A stretch of DNA of 64,000 nucleotides from Azolla caroliniana (lineage: Eukaryota > Plantae > Polypodiophyta): the NCBI GenBank assembly GCA_043228905.1, contig JBHGNT010000011.1, forward strand, positions 1,612,001 to 1,676,000, read 5' to 3'. Position numbers and translations under genes: made by a program. Shown piece by piece: positions 24,601 through 35,800 of this stretch. The notes under the pieces are model-generated. The model made no database searches, had not been told where the DNA came from, and worked only from the letters and a program-made list of their open reading frames with translations. Numbering within the stretch: position 1 is the first letter of the stretch; each line of letters starts with the position of its first letter.

Positions 24601-25720
24601 CTACGGTCTGAAGCAGGCTCCTTGGCAATGGTACCGGAAGTTCGACTCCTTCATGACAGACGAAGGGTACCACAAAACGCAGACCGATCACTACGTGTTT
24701 GTGAAGAAGTTCGAAGGAGGAGACTTTCTAATACTCCTCCTGTACGTGGACGACATGTTGATCGTCGGACAGGACCAGGGCAAGATACGGATGCTGAAGA
24801 AAGCACTTCACCGAACCTTCTCAATGAAGGACCTGGGTCCGGCGAGGCAAATACTAGGGATGCACATCATCCGGGACCGGAAGAAGAAGCAGTTGTGGTT
24901 GTCACAGGAGAAGTACGTGACAAAGGTGCTTCACCGGTTCAACATGTCGGAAGCAAGGCCGGTCGGATCGACCCTCCCGGCAAACTGCAAGCTGTCCAGG
25001 AAGCAAAGCCCCAAGACAAAGGCTGAGAAGGAGGACATGATGAAAGTACCATATGCCTCTGCCGTCGGGAGCTTGATGTACGCGATGGTGTGTACCCGAC
25101 CGGACATAGGATATGCAGTCGGAGTGGTGAGCCGTTACATGAGCAATCCCGACAAAGAGCATTGGAACGCGGTCAAATGGATACTCCGATACCTGAAGGG
25201 CACGGCAAACATGTGCCTCCGATTCGGCTCCGGTAAGCCCGAACTCGATGGATTTACCGATTCGGATATGTCGGCTGATGCAGATACCAGCCGGTCCACA
25301 TCAGGGTATGTGATGACGTATGCAGGGGGAGCTGTTTCATGGCAGTCGAGGCTGCAGAAGACGGTTGCACTGTCAACCACGGAGGCGGAGTACATGGCGG
25401 CTGTTGAAGCCGGCAAGGAAATAATATGGATGAAGGACTTCATTAGAGAGCTCGGTATCCGGCAGGTGGAGTACCGACTCTACTGCGACAGTCAGAGTGC
25501 CATCCACCTTGCGAAGAACGCGGCCTATCACTCCCGGACGAAGCACATCCAGCGAAGATATCACTGGATCCGGGAAAGGATAGAAGACAAGGAGTTCGTG
25601 CTGACGAAGATCCACACGGACGAGAACGGGTCGGATATGCTGACTAAGGTACTTACACCCGACAAGCTGGAAGCATGCCGGAAGAGGATCGGATTGGAGA
25701 GACATCCCATGCCGAAGTGA
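21647..25720 (+). CDS. Gag-Pol polyprotein (Gag, CCHC knuckle, protease, integrase, RT, RNase H), 1357 aa
   Basis: First ATG after the PBS. Motifs CFHCGKPGHFRKNC, WVVDSGAS, LWHKRLCH, HTDV/DNGGE/NGLAE, LLLYVDDML, ALSTTEAEY and HSRTKHI in copia domain order. Confidence 0.95.
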   Translation: MEGGSSGQPGMMVLNAQNYADWKIKMEDLLIVRDLYEPIDRSEIPKGVLETEWRLLNRKAVATIRQYVDVSVLQHVANDTNAYEMWRKLSGLYERKNALNRTSLMRKIVNLKYRDGENMVEHVSTFMGFVNQLAAIKFPLEDAMQAIILMCTLPESWENLVVTLSTSCTEDNLSLQTVKTSILNEEARRRDKEPATDSKALLTESERGRQWNRSPQRREKSGTRSQSRGRPTCFHCGKPGHFRKNCRHYRKDNGADDTDSKKSPERNGAYRGATGRRGPDRRGQDRKGTTALAASEEEIMLITEERELNLAGEEMTWVVDSGASFHLTPEKKYFSSYIAGEHGCVRMGNEGTCRIAGIGDVWLTTSTGCKMLLKDVRHVPEVRLNLISAGRLDDEGYTGSIRNGVMKFSKGSLIVARARKINTLYLMNSRLCPEQLNVAADTAGELWHKRLCHMSEKGMKRLAEDNLIPVKHVHLEKCTDCLAGKQNRTSFHSRPPTRRSAPLELVHTDVCQVETKSHGGAQYFVTFIDDHSRKLWTAPLKTKDQVLSVFKELHARVERESGKELKAIRADNGGEYRGQFAEYCRSKGIRLEFTVPKTPELNGLAERMNRTIMERVRSMLAHAKLPKGFWAEAMSTATYVINRSPSVPLDGDTPQRVWTGREVSYRHLKVFGCLAYVHVAKDRRGKLDPKTRPCIFLGYGNDEFGYRVWDPVDKKIFRSRDIIFMEDKTLADWESEKKMKSSKSTGEDQLYKEQSRPARDRLALEDPAEDGEETEPAEEDENDTGTGPDPEMDSDEEESEEPVTEAPERRYPLRERRAPRRFPEPEHVLLTDEGEPENFEEAELDTHSRRWLSAMQEEMDSLHENHTYELVELPKGKRALRNKWVFKLKPGDAGNPPRYKARIVVKGFQQKKGVDFDEIFAPVVKMTSIRTVLSIAASMDLEVEQMDVKTAFLHGDLEEEIYMQQPEGFEKKGKEHLVCRLKKSLYGLKQAPWQWYRKFDSFMTDEGYHKTQTDHYVFVKKFEGGDFLILLLYVDDMLIVGQDQGKIRMLKKALHRTFSMKDLGPARQILGMHIIRDRKKKQLWLSQEKYVTKVLHRFNMSEARPVGSTLPANCKLSRKQSPKTKAEKEDMMKVPYASAVGSLMYAMVCTRPDIGYAVGVVSRYMSNPDKEHWNAVKWILRYLKGTANMCLRFGSGKPELDGFTDSDMSADADTSRSTSGYVMTYAGGAVSWQSRLQKTVALSTTEAEYMAAVEAGKEIIWMKDFIRELGIRQVEYRLYCDSQSAIHLAKNAAYHSRTKHIQRRYHWIRERIEDKEFVLTKIHTDENGSDMLTKVLTPDKLEACRKRIGLERHPMPK

Positions 25721-25728
25721 AGGGGGAG
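25719..25728 (+). promoter_or_regulatory. Polypurine tract of A
   Basis: GAAGGGGGAG, 2 nt before the 3' LTR. Confidence 0.9.
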
Positions 25729-25730
25729 TT

Positions 25731-26443
25731 TGTTGGGATTTACGGTCCCTCCGGATGGGATGTCCGGAGATGAATGACGGCAAGCCCGGTTGCGGTTACG
25801 GAACCGGAGGATGAAGAGTACCCGGCATGAAGCCGGATGAAGAGTACCCGGCTACGGAGCCGGATGATGTAGACCCCGGGTACGGAGCCGGATGATGAAG
25901 ACCCGGCTACGGAGCCGGATGATGAAGACCCGGCTACGGAGCCGGATGATGTATGTACCCGGAGAGAGATCCGGATGCGGGGACATATTTGTGAATATGT
26001 TTGCCAAGGGCCCTTGTGGCTATATTTGTAAATAGCCTGAAAGTCATATGTGTATAAATATGACTTAGGGCAAACTGTTTATTGCTGCTGTAAGTTGCTA
26101 CTCATTTTTTCTGTTTTTCCACTTAGAGAGAGTGAAGAGAGCAGCCGAGAGAGAGAGAGAGAGAGAGAGAGACGAAGAGGTCGTTGCCTCTGTGCATTAC
26201 CGCCGCCTGTGGCGAAGACAGTGAGCTCAAGGTGATTGCCTTGAAGCTTCACCATTGTACATCTCTGTTCATAGTGATAGTTGGAGTTTGAGGACTCCCG
26301 TGGTTTTTCCCGTATAGGGTTTTCCACGTTAATCCCTGTGTTATCGTGTCTTTCTCTGTGTGTCCTATTTTCTGCTGCATTGATTCGCGATTTGTCGGTT
26401 GTGGCCGAGCGGTGAAGGCGAATCGGAGCGTTGATTCGCAACA
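25731..26443 (+). repeat. 3' LTR of A (713 bp)
   Basis: Direct repeat of 20901-21615. Confidence 0.97.
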
Positions 26444-29400
26444 GTGGTTTAGTGCCATGTAGGATGAGATGGATTCCCTGCATGAGAACCACACATACGA
26501 ATTGGTGGAGTTGCCGAAAGGAAGGAGGGCACTCTGGAACAAGTGGGTGTACAAGCTGAAACCGGGAGACGCCGGAAATCCACCAAGGTATAAGGCCCAA
26601 ATCGTGGTGAAGGGTTTCCAGCAAAAGAAAGGAGTGAACTTCGATGAGATCTTTGTCGCGGTAGTAAAGATGACATCCATCCGGACAGTCTTAGGCATAG
26701 CGGCAACCACGGACCTCGAGGTAGAGCAATTGGATGTCAAGACGGCATTCCTACACGGAGACCTCGAAGAAGAGATCTACAGGCATCAACCAGAAGGATT
26801 TGAGGAGAAAGGGAAGGAACACCTGGTGTGCCTGTTGAAGAAGAGCTTATACGGACTGAAGCAAGCTCCCTGACAATGGTACCGGAAGTTTGACTCCTTC
26901 ATGACCTATCAAGGGTACCACAAGACGTAGGCCGATCACTGCGTGTTTGTGAAGAAATTTGATGGAGGAGATTTCTTGATATTGCTCCTATACATGGACG
27001 ACATGTTGATCGTCGGACGAGACCAAGTCAAGATACAGATGCTAAAGAAGGACCTTAACTGGACCTTCTCAATGAAAGACTTAGGTCCGGCAAGATAGAT
27101 ACTGGGGATGCACATCATTCGAGACCGGTCGAAGAACCAATTGTGGTTGTCACAGGAAAAGTACGTGATAAAGGTGCTTCAACGGTTTAACATATCAGAA
27201 GCAAAACTAGTTGGATTGACACTCCCAGAAAACTGCAGATTATTAGGTAAGCTAAAGCCCGAAAACAAAGGCAGAGAAGGTGGATATGATGAAGATTCCA
27301 TATGCCTTTGCGGTCGGGAGCTTGATGTACGCAATGGTGTGTACTCGACCGGATATTGGATATGCAATCGGAGTAATGAGTCGGTTCATGACCAACACTG
27401 GAGAAAAGCACTAGAATGCGGTAAAATGGACACTTCGGTACTTGAAGGGCACTTCGAGTATGTGCCTCCGATTCGGCTCCGGTAAACCCCTCATGGAAGG
27501 ATTTACCGATTCGGATATGTCAGCTGATGTGGACACCAACCGGTCAACTTCCGGATATGTCATGACCTATGTAGGGGGAGCCGTTTCGTGGCAGTCAAGG
27601 CTGTAGAAGACGGTTGCGTTGTCAACCACAGAGGCGGAGTACATGGCAGCCGTGGAAGCCGGCAAGAAAATATTATGGATGAAGGACTTCATCGGAGAGC
27701 TAGGGATCCGGCAAGAGGAATACCGGCTCTACTGTGATAGTCAAAGTGCCATTCACCTTCCAAAGAGCATGGCATACCATTCCAGAACGAAGCACATGCA
27801 GCGTAGGTACCACTCGATCCGGGAGCGAGTTGAAGATCGAGAGTTCGTGCTGACGAAGATCCACATGGAGGAGAACAAGTCGGATATGCTAACCAAGGTA
27901 CTGACACCCGACAAGCTGGACATATGTTGGAAGCGGATCAGACTTACAAGACATCCCATACCGGAGTGAAAGGGGAGATTGTTGGAAAATCGGTCTCTCC
28001 GGATGGGATCCGGTGATGAATAAAGAGGACCCAGTGAGAACCGGAAGAGAGCTGGTGAGAACTGGAAGAGATCCGGAAACTGGATCGGTGGACCCGGTGA
28101 GAACCGGAAGAGAAGACAGATATGTAAACATGTCTTGAATACGCCCATTGTGGCTATATTTGTAAATAAACCTAAGTTCATATAACTATAAATATGACTT
28201 ACGACAATCACTTTACATAGTGTGTGATTGTGTTGTTGTCATATTGCTGAAACTGTTGTACAGAGAGAGAGGGAGAGAGAGGGAGAGAGAGAGATACAGA
28301 GCGATACTCTATTGTAACCGCCACTGTGCGAAGAAACAGAGCTCGAGGTCATTGCCTACGAGTCTTTGATTGTACCCCTTCTCTTCATAGTGATAGTTCG
28401 GAGTCTGTAGGCTCCCGTGGTTTTCCACGTAAACATCCTGTGTCATTTTCTTGTGTACTCTCCACTTCCCATTTCTATGTTTGATTCTTTTGAGAAGTGA
28501 TTTACTACTCGGTTGTGGCCGAGCGATATTCCACATATTTCTCTTAACAGTAGGCCGCGTTCTTTGCAAGGTGGATGGCGCTTTGACTATCACAGTAGAG
28601 CCGGTATTCCTCTTGTTGGATCCCTAGCTTTCCGATAAAGTCCTTCATCCAGATTATCTCCTTGCCAGCTTCTACAACTGCCATGTACTCCGTCTCCATG
28701 GTTGTCAATGCAACCGTCTTTTGCACCCTCGACTGCCATGAAACAACTCCCCCTACAAAAGTCATGACATATCCGGATGTCGACCAACTAGTATCTACAT
28801 CAACCGACATATCCTAATCCGTGAAACCATCGAGTTGGGGTTTTCTGGAGCCAAACCGGAGGCATATACTCGACATGCCTTTTAGATACTGGAGTATCCA
28901 CTTGACCGCGTTCCAGTGTTGTCTTCCGGGATTGCTCATGAACTGGCTCACCACTCCGACTACATATCCGATATCTGGCCGGGTACATACCATCATGTAC
29001 ATCAAGCTCCCAATGGCAGAGGCATATGTGATCTTCATCATATCTGTCTTATCCGCCTTTGCCCTCGGGCTTTGTTTTCCGGATAGCTTGAGGTTTTCCG
29101 GAAGTGTCGATCCGACTGGTTTCACCTCGTACATGTTGAACCGTTGAAGCACCTTTGTCACATACTTCTCCTGTGACAAGCACAATAGCTTCTTCGATCG
29201 GTGCCGGATGATGTGCATTCCCAATATTTGTCTTGATGGCTCCAAGTCTTTCATTGAGAAGGTCTGGTTTAGAGCCTTCTTTAGCATCCGAATCTTGCCT
29301 TGGTCTCTTCCACGATCAACATATCATCCACATATAGGAGTATAATGAAATCTCCTCCATCAAATTTCTTCACAAACACGCAATGATCGGCTTGCATCTT

Positions 29401-31389
29401 GTGGTACCCTTGGTCGGTCATGAAGGAGTCGAACTTCCGGTACCATTGTCGGGGAGCTTGGTTCAGTCCGTATCGGCTCTTCTGCATCCGGAACACTAGG
29501 TGTTCCTTCCCTTTCCTCTCAAATCCTTCTGGTTGATGCATGTAGATCTCTTCTTTGAGGTCGCCATGTAGGAATGTCGTCTTCACGTCTAGTTGCTCTA
29601 CCTTGAGGTCCATGCTTGCCGCTATGCCCAATACCGTCCGGATGGATGTCATCTTTACTATCGGGGCAAAGATCTCATCGAAGTCCACTCCTTTGTTCTG
29701 TTGGGAGCCCTTCACCACGATTCGGGCCTTATACTTGGGTGGATTTCCGGCATCTCACGGTTTCAACTTGTACACCCACTTCTTCCGGATTGCTCTCTTC
29801 CCTTTCTACAACTCCGTCAGTTCATATGTGTGGTTCTCATGCAGGGAGTCCATCTCATCCTACATGGCACTCAGTCACTTGTGGCTCTAGGTGTCTCTCT
29901 TTGCTTCTTCGAAGCTTTCCGGCGCCCCCTCATCAGTTAGCAACACATGCTCTGCATCCGGAAATCTCCGGGGGGCTCTTCTTTATCTAAGAGGATATCT
30001 TCGTCCTTGATTTCTAACTACCGGTTCCTCCGTCTGTTCCTCATCCTCATCTGATTCGGGATATTTTCTGGTTCCAGTGTCTTCCTCTTCTTCTTCAGTC
30101 GGTTCGGTTTCTTGTCCGTATCCGGCTGGTTTGTCGAGTATCATCCGGTTACCGGACAATATCTGGTTTTCAACTAGGTATGTCCTTGTGTCCTCAAGCT
30201 GATTTTTTCATTGGATGATCCAAGGTTCATCACCTGCGTCTCGAATTCCTAGTCGGCAATTGTCCTATCTTCCATGAAGACTATGTCGCGACTCCAAAAC
30301 ACCTTGTCTACCAGATCCCACACTAGGTAACCGAACTCATCATCATCGTATCCAAGGAATATGCATGGTCAGGACTTTAGATCCAGCTTTGCTCTCTGAT
30401 CCTTTGCAACATGCACATATGCGAGACACCCGAACACCTTCAGATACTGGTAAGACACGTCCTTACCGGTCCATACTCTTTGCGGCGTGTCTCCGTCCAA
30501 GGGTATTGAGGGTGACTTGTTTATCACATAGGTCGCCGTCGTCAGCGCCTCAACCCAAAACGTCTTGGGTAACTTTGCATGTGCTAGCATGCTTCGGACT
30601 CTCTCCATTATGGTTTGCTTCATCCTTTCGGCTAGCCCGTTTATTTCTGGCATCTTCGGCACAGTAAACTCGAGCTGGATTCCCTTCGACTAGCAGTACT
30701 GCTCGAACTACCCCCGGTATTCTCTTCCGTTATCTGCTCGAACTGCCTTCAGTTTCCGGATGGTTTCTCTTTCCTTTCTCGCGTGGAGGTCCTTGAAGAC
30801 GGATAGCACCTGATCTTTCGTCTTCAATGGTGAGACCCACAACTTCCGGATGTGGTCATCTATGAACGTCACGAAGTACTGTGATCTGGCATGTGACTTC
30901 GTGTCCACTTGACACACATCGGTATGCACTAGTTCCAGTGGTGCATTCCATCTCATCTATGGTCTTGACTGGAAGGAGGTTTGGTTTTGTTTGATGACCA
31001 AGCAATTGGTGCAATTCTCAAGTTGCATGTCCTTTACCGGAATGAGGTTGTCTTCGTCAAGCCTCTTCATCCCTGTCTCACTCATGTGACACAGTCTTTT
31101 GTGCCATAGCTCACCGGAAGTGTTAGATGCTACGTTCACTTCTTCCCGGAATATCCAAGCATTCATCAAGTACAGTGTGTTGATCTTCCGGGTGCGATCC
31201 ACTATCAAGCTTCCTTTGCTGAACTTCATAACTCCGTTCCGGATGCTACCCGTGTAGCCTTCATCATCTAGCCGAGCGACTAATATCAAGTTCAATCGAA
31301 CCTCCGGAACGTGTCGGACATCCTTCAACAACAATTTGCATCCGGTTGGTGTCGCCAACAACACATCTCCTATGCTGATAATTCAGCAT

Positions 31390-34300
31390 TGTAAACAGAA
31401 TATCGTGCGGAAGCAATAGAAAACCGAACACAGAAATGCAAGTTTAATGGAGAGCTTGAATATACACAGTACACAGGAGAGATAGACAGACAGAGAGAAT
31501 ACACACAAACTCAATTCAAAAAATGATACTCAAATCTGTACATAGGATGTGCTCAATGAGCACTTTTATACAAGTCCATATGAACTGACAAAAGTATTGA
31601 CACGTACTTCAATGCTCATAAGTGAGCTCTACACTAACTCCCAAAATATATTCCTACGTAGAATATCTTTCCAACGGCCTTGCGGTTTACGCATTGCTAC
31701 GGCTTCTCGTTGCGCACTAGTCTGCGCACCCGGTTTACGTACCGGTCTGGCCTAACCGATCGATCCCAACTGATCTGGTTCTCGGCTTGCACAACCGATC
31801 CGGCCAATGTCGAGATTGTATCTCAACACTCCCCCTCAAGCTCAACTTGAGGTTCCATCCACTCTTCTGGATCTACGCTTCGATTCCTTCTGGCTTCACA
31901 CCTTGCTCGATCTCCTCGATCTGTTCGATTCCACGCGCCTCGACCCTTCCGGTCGGCTTGCGTGCCCATGCGGCCCTTCTCAACTCCATTGTTGTCGCGG
32001 TGTTGGCGCTTCTTCTACTGCCTTCTCTTCCGCTTGGTCCTCAGTTGATTCGGCGTATCCGAATCAAACATCCGAACCGACTTGGCTTTCTCCGATCGGT
32101 TTTCGTTTTCGTCCGAGTTGGCTGTCTCCAACTCGTCTTTGGTCTTCTTGCCCTTCATGGAATCGTCTCCCCCATGCCTGGTTCACTTCGGCTCTTTTTT
32201 TCGACTTCTCCCTTTATGTCCGCTTTCGGAATCTTCTGCGGATCCACGCTCGGTTTCTTCAGTTGATCCAAAATCAAATTCGTCATCCGACTCGACGTCG
32301 CGGTCTTCCGGAACTTCTCTCCCCCTTCCATGGTGATTCGGGACGTCTCTCCCCCTCAAGTTCGGCATGTCGAGGTGACGCAACCCAAGCGCACCTGAGA
32401 ATTGCCGCAACTTGTCTAGACCAAGATGCTTGGTGAAGATGTCGGCGGTTTGCCGATCCATTGGAACATACTGAAGTCCGACTTCACCGGAGAGGACGCC
32501 CTCACGGACGAAATGGTAGTGCACCTCAATGTGCTTGGTCTGGGCGTGGAAGATGGGGTTCTTTGCTAGTTGGATGCTGCTAAGGTTGTCGCAGTAGATT
32601 GTCGTTGGATCGGATACCTCCACCTGCAGATCCTTAAGTATCCGCTTCAACCATATGGCTTCGCATGTCGCGAAAGCCGCTCCTCTATACTCGGCTTCGG
32701 TGCTCGACAGCGCAACTGTCAGCTGCTTCTTGCTACTCCACGCGATCGCGGCACTCCCAAGAGAGAACGCAAAACCAGACGTGGATCGGCGATCGGTGAC
32801 GTTGCCAGCCTAGTCAGCATCGGTGTAGTTGACCAACTACGGGGCTGTACCAGTCCGATATAGTAGCCCTCGGTCTTTAGTGCCACTTACATACCGCAAT
32901 ACGCGTTGCGCACACTGAAGGTGCTCCTCGGTAGGTCGCGCCATGAACTGACTAATCACCCCGACTGAGTAGCTAAGATCTAGTCGGGTGATGGTCAAGT
33001 ATATAAGGCATTCGACTATCTGTCGGAACCTCATCAGGTCACATACCTTTCCGGAATTGGGGCGAAGCTTGAGGGTTCTATCAAGAGGAGTTCTTAGCCG
33101 ACACAGACTTCGCTCTTGAAGAACCGTCATCACTTCCCTCGGAGTCGGACTCGCGTCGATCCGACTCATTCTTATCCGTGCCATAGTCCAACATCTTCTT
33201 CTTCCCTTTTTCCTTGCGCATAAACCATGTCCTCGGCTTCCTGCGCGGGGAATGCACGGCCGAGCCTCCACTACTCGCTGCCTCTTCTTCGGACTGATCA
33301 AACTGACTCAGTCGTACATTCGGTTCACTTAATTGAAATGAGATCGGACTCTCTTCGAGGGTCCCAATTTCACCCTCATTCGGAGGCACTTCAGCCTCGC
33401 TGACCTCATCGTCAGAGCTTGGATTGGAGTTGAGGTTCGGAGTCGGAGGCAAGTACTAGGACACGGACTCGTCAAACACAACGTCGCGGCTTACACGGGC
33501 TTGTTTGGTTCGGGGGTTATAACACTTATAACCCTTCTGCTCGTCCGAATAGCCGACTAAGATACACTTCTCAGCTTTTGCGTCCAACTTCCTCTGTTTC
33601 TCCTTTGGCACATGCACATACGCAATGCTACCGAAAACTCTCAAGTGTCGTAGATTTGGCTTCCTTCCGAAATACAATTCATGCGCCGACACTTTGTATC
33701 CGATCCGATTCTGGATGTACACCGTGGTTCGTACTGCCTCGGCCCAATAGAACTTGGGCAAGCTCTTCTTTTCCAGCATTGCCCACACTGCTTCCACAAC
33801 CAACTGATTTTTCCTCTCGGCCACGCCGTTTTGCTTCGGCGTATATCTGTAACTGAATTCGTGTCTGTTGTAGATACCTGTTGAATTGACTGGAGAAGTA
33901 CTTTTTTTCACCATCTGAACACAGGCACTTGATTGTTACCGGCCGGCAAGGAGTCCAAAATACGGAGTGAAGGAATTAATTAAGTATGGTTGTAAATAAG
34001 CATAGTGTGGACGGACGGACTGGAAACGGTATGCCGTTCCAGATCCGGACGGATCCCGAATAGGTGCGATAGGCACCGTTTTGTACTACGGGCCGGAAAC
34101 CTATTTAAAGGCCCCAACCCCATTGTAATCGCAGCGGATAATTAATAGAGCGTATGGTGTTTATACTTCTGTGTTGATTTCCGTTCTGTACTTACTGTTA
34201 TATCTTACGCGTGTAATTAACGAAAGCGCTCTAATCGTGTAACCTACGTAAGTCGGTGTAATCGTTGAGTTATAATCCTATGCCGTAATCACCCTTTGGT

Positions 34301-35800
34301 GAAGTGTCTCCGTGACACCTTGTGTTAGGCCTTGTCCGGTCAGAGAATAACATTGATCTTTCTTCTTGTTTCCCTTTCGACGAAACTCTTGAGGTTCCGG
34401 AAACAGTCGAAGACTTCACTCTTCTTCTGAATGAGGTAGATCCATGTGTGCCCCATATAGTCGTTGATGAAGGAGACGAAATATCGACTCCTGCCAAGAC
34501 TAACGTTCTGTGCCAGTTCCCATACATCGGAATGTATCAAGTCGAGCTTGTTCCGGCTCTGGTTACACTCGTTAGGGAAAGGAAGTCAGTGTTGCTTCCC
34601 TAGTTGGCAGGCTTGACAAATTTGTGCCTTCCGGCCACTAAATTTGGGCAATCCGAACACCACCTGGTTCAATTGCAGGTGCTGAAGCCGTCGATAGTTG
34701 ACGTGGTCTATCTGCTTGTGCCATAAGTCGATATCCGACTCGACTTTTTATCCTTTTGCGAACATTACGGTACCACCTTCACTAAAGTCGAGGATAAACA
34801 TCCTCCCGTCTCTGTGCCCTTGTGCAATAACTCGGCCTTCTTCCTCGATGAAGCACCCGAGATGCGTAAACCGAACCTGCATCCCCTGGTTGACGATATG
34901 TCCGACTGACACCAGGTTCTTCATGATTGTTGGAACGTGTAACACGTTCATGAGTTTCCCTTTCTGACCGACATGGCTCAGGGGAACTTCACCGACATTC
35001 GCAATCGGATGCGGAGTGTCATCTATGGTTGCGACTACTCCCGGTTGCATCGGTTTCTCAAGGTATGAGAACCACCCTTTTGGCATGTCATGTGGTTTGA
35101 TGCGCCGGAGTTGACGTACCACACCTTGCCCGATTTCGGGGTGGACTTCTTCATCGAGTTCTCTTCGTGTTTCGTCACGAAGGTTGACCCTTTTTCGGCT
35201 TTTACGGATCCTTTGGCGTAGTACGATCACTGCCGATTACCCCCGTCGGTTTGTCCGGAACCTGATCCAGATTAGGTCCTCTCCGAATCGGCGCGCTTCT
35301 TCTAGCACTCGTTCTGCTTGTGGCCTTTCTTGCCACAGTACCAACATTCTGTGACGGGTTTCCCTTGCCAAGTCTCGTTGCCTCGACTCCCCCTGTTTCC
35401 GGAGGGTCTGGAATTCCTGTCGGCATCACTTCGGTGCCTTCTTCCTTGATCCCGTCGGCCGCTTCCATTGCGCACTGACTTGCCTCGTCCGCTAGAACCA
35501 CGGGGCCTATCTCCCTCCGTGTATAACATCTTGTTGTCGGCATGCGTGCTTGTGAACACTCCCGCGTCGTTCTCCTCTATAAGGAGCATCGACTGTAGGT
35601 CAAAAAACGATGGCGTATTCTCCCGTGTACACACGGCAATTCGGAACGCTCCGAACTTCGACGCCAGTCCCCCGAGACAGATCTACACCATCTCGCCTTC
35701 CTCGACATTCACATTGATAGAGGCTAAGGAGTCGCATATCTCTTTGATCTTCGAGGTGTAATCAGCCACCGACAAGTCGCGTTGTCATAAGTTGCTTAGC
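31390..35800 (-). mobile_element. Bryco/RLC5-like copia I (3' LTR 31390-31828; 5' end deleted; most of RT deleted near 33090), inserted in C
   Basis: LTR homologous to 4499-4941, PPT (rc) CTCCCCCTCAAG at 31829, RNase H with a long charged tail, IN/PR/gag homologous to G. Confidence 0.85.
33934..34352 (+). mobile_element. Solo LTR (419 bp), perfect TSD TTGAT, in the integrase of I
   Basis: TGTTA...TAACA. TTGAT at 33929-33933 and 34353-34357. TATTTAAA at ~34102. Confidence 0.9.

Larger units (their letters stand above)
20901..26443 (+). mobile_element. Intact young Ty1/copia (Tnt1/Tork-like) element A, TSD GTGGT
   Basis: TG..CA LTRs, identical by eye except (GA)14 vs (GA)13. GTGGT at 20896-20900 and 26444-26448. 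PBS, PPT and a single open ORF are present. Confidence 0.97.
17770..28547 (+). mobile_element. Tork-like copia B (LTRs 17770-18367 and 27980-28547), TSD CAGTG/CAGTA, full length but mutated
   Basis: PBS TGGTATCAGAGC at 18371-18382, IN ORF 19541..20900, RT-RH 26449-27969, PPT GAAAGGGGAG before 27980. Confidence 0.9.

Noticed and set aside
21293-26624. Antisense and LTR-spanning ORFs (e.g. 21293..21844, 23896..24462, 26079..26624)
   Set aside because: These are shadow frames of GC-rich pol or LTR microsatellites with no protein motifs.
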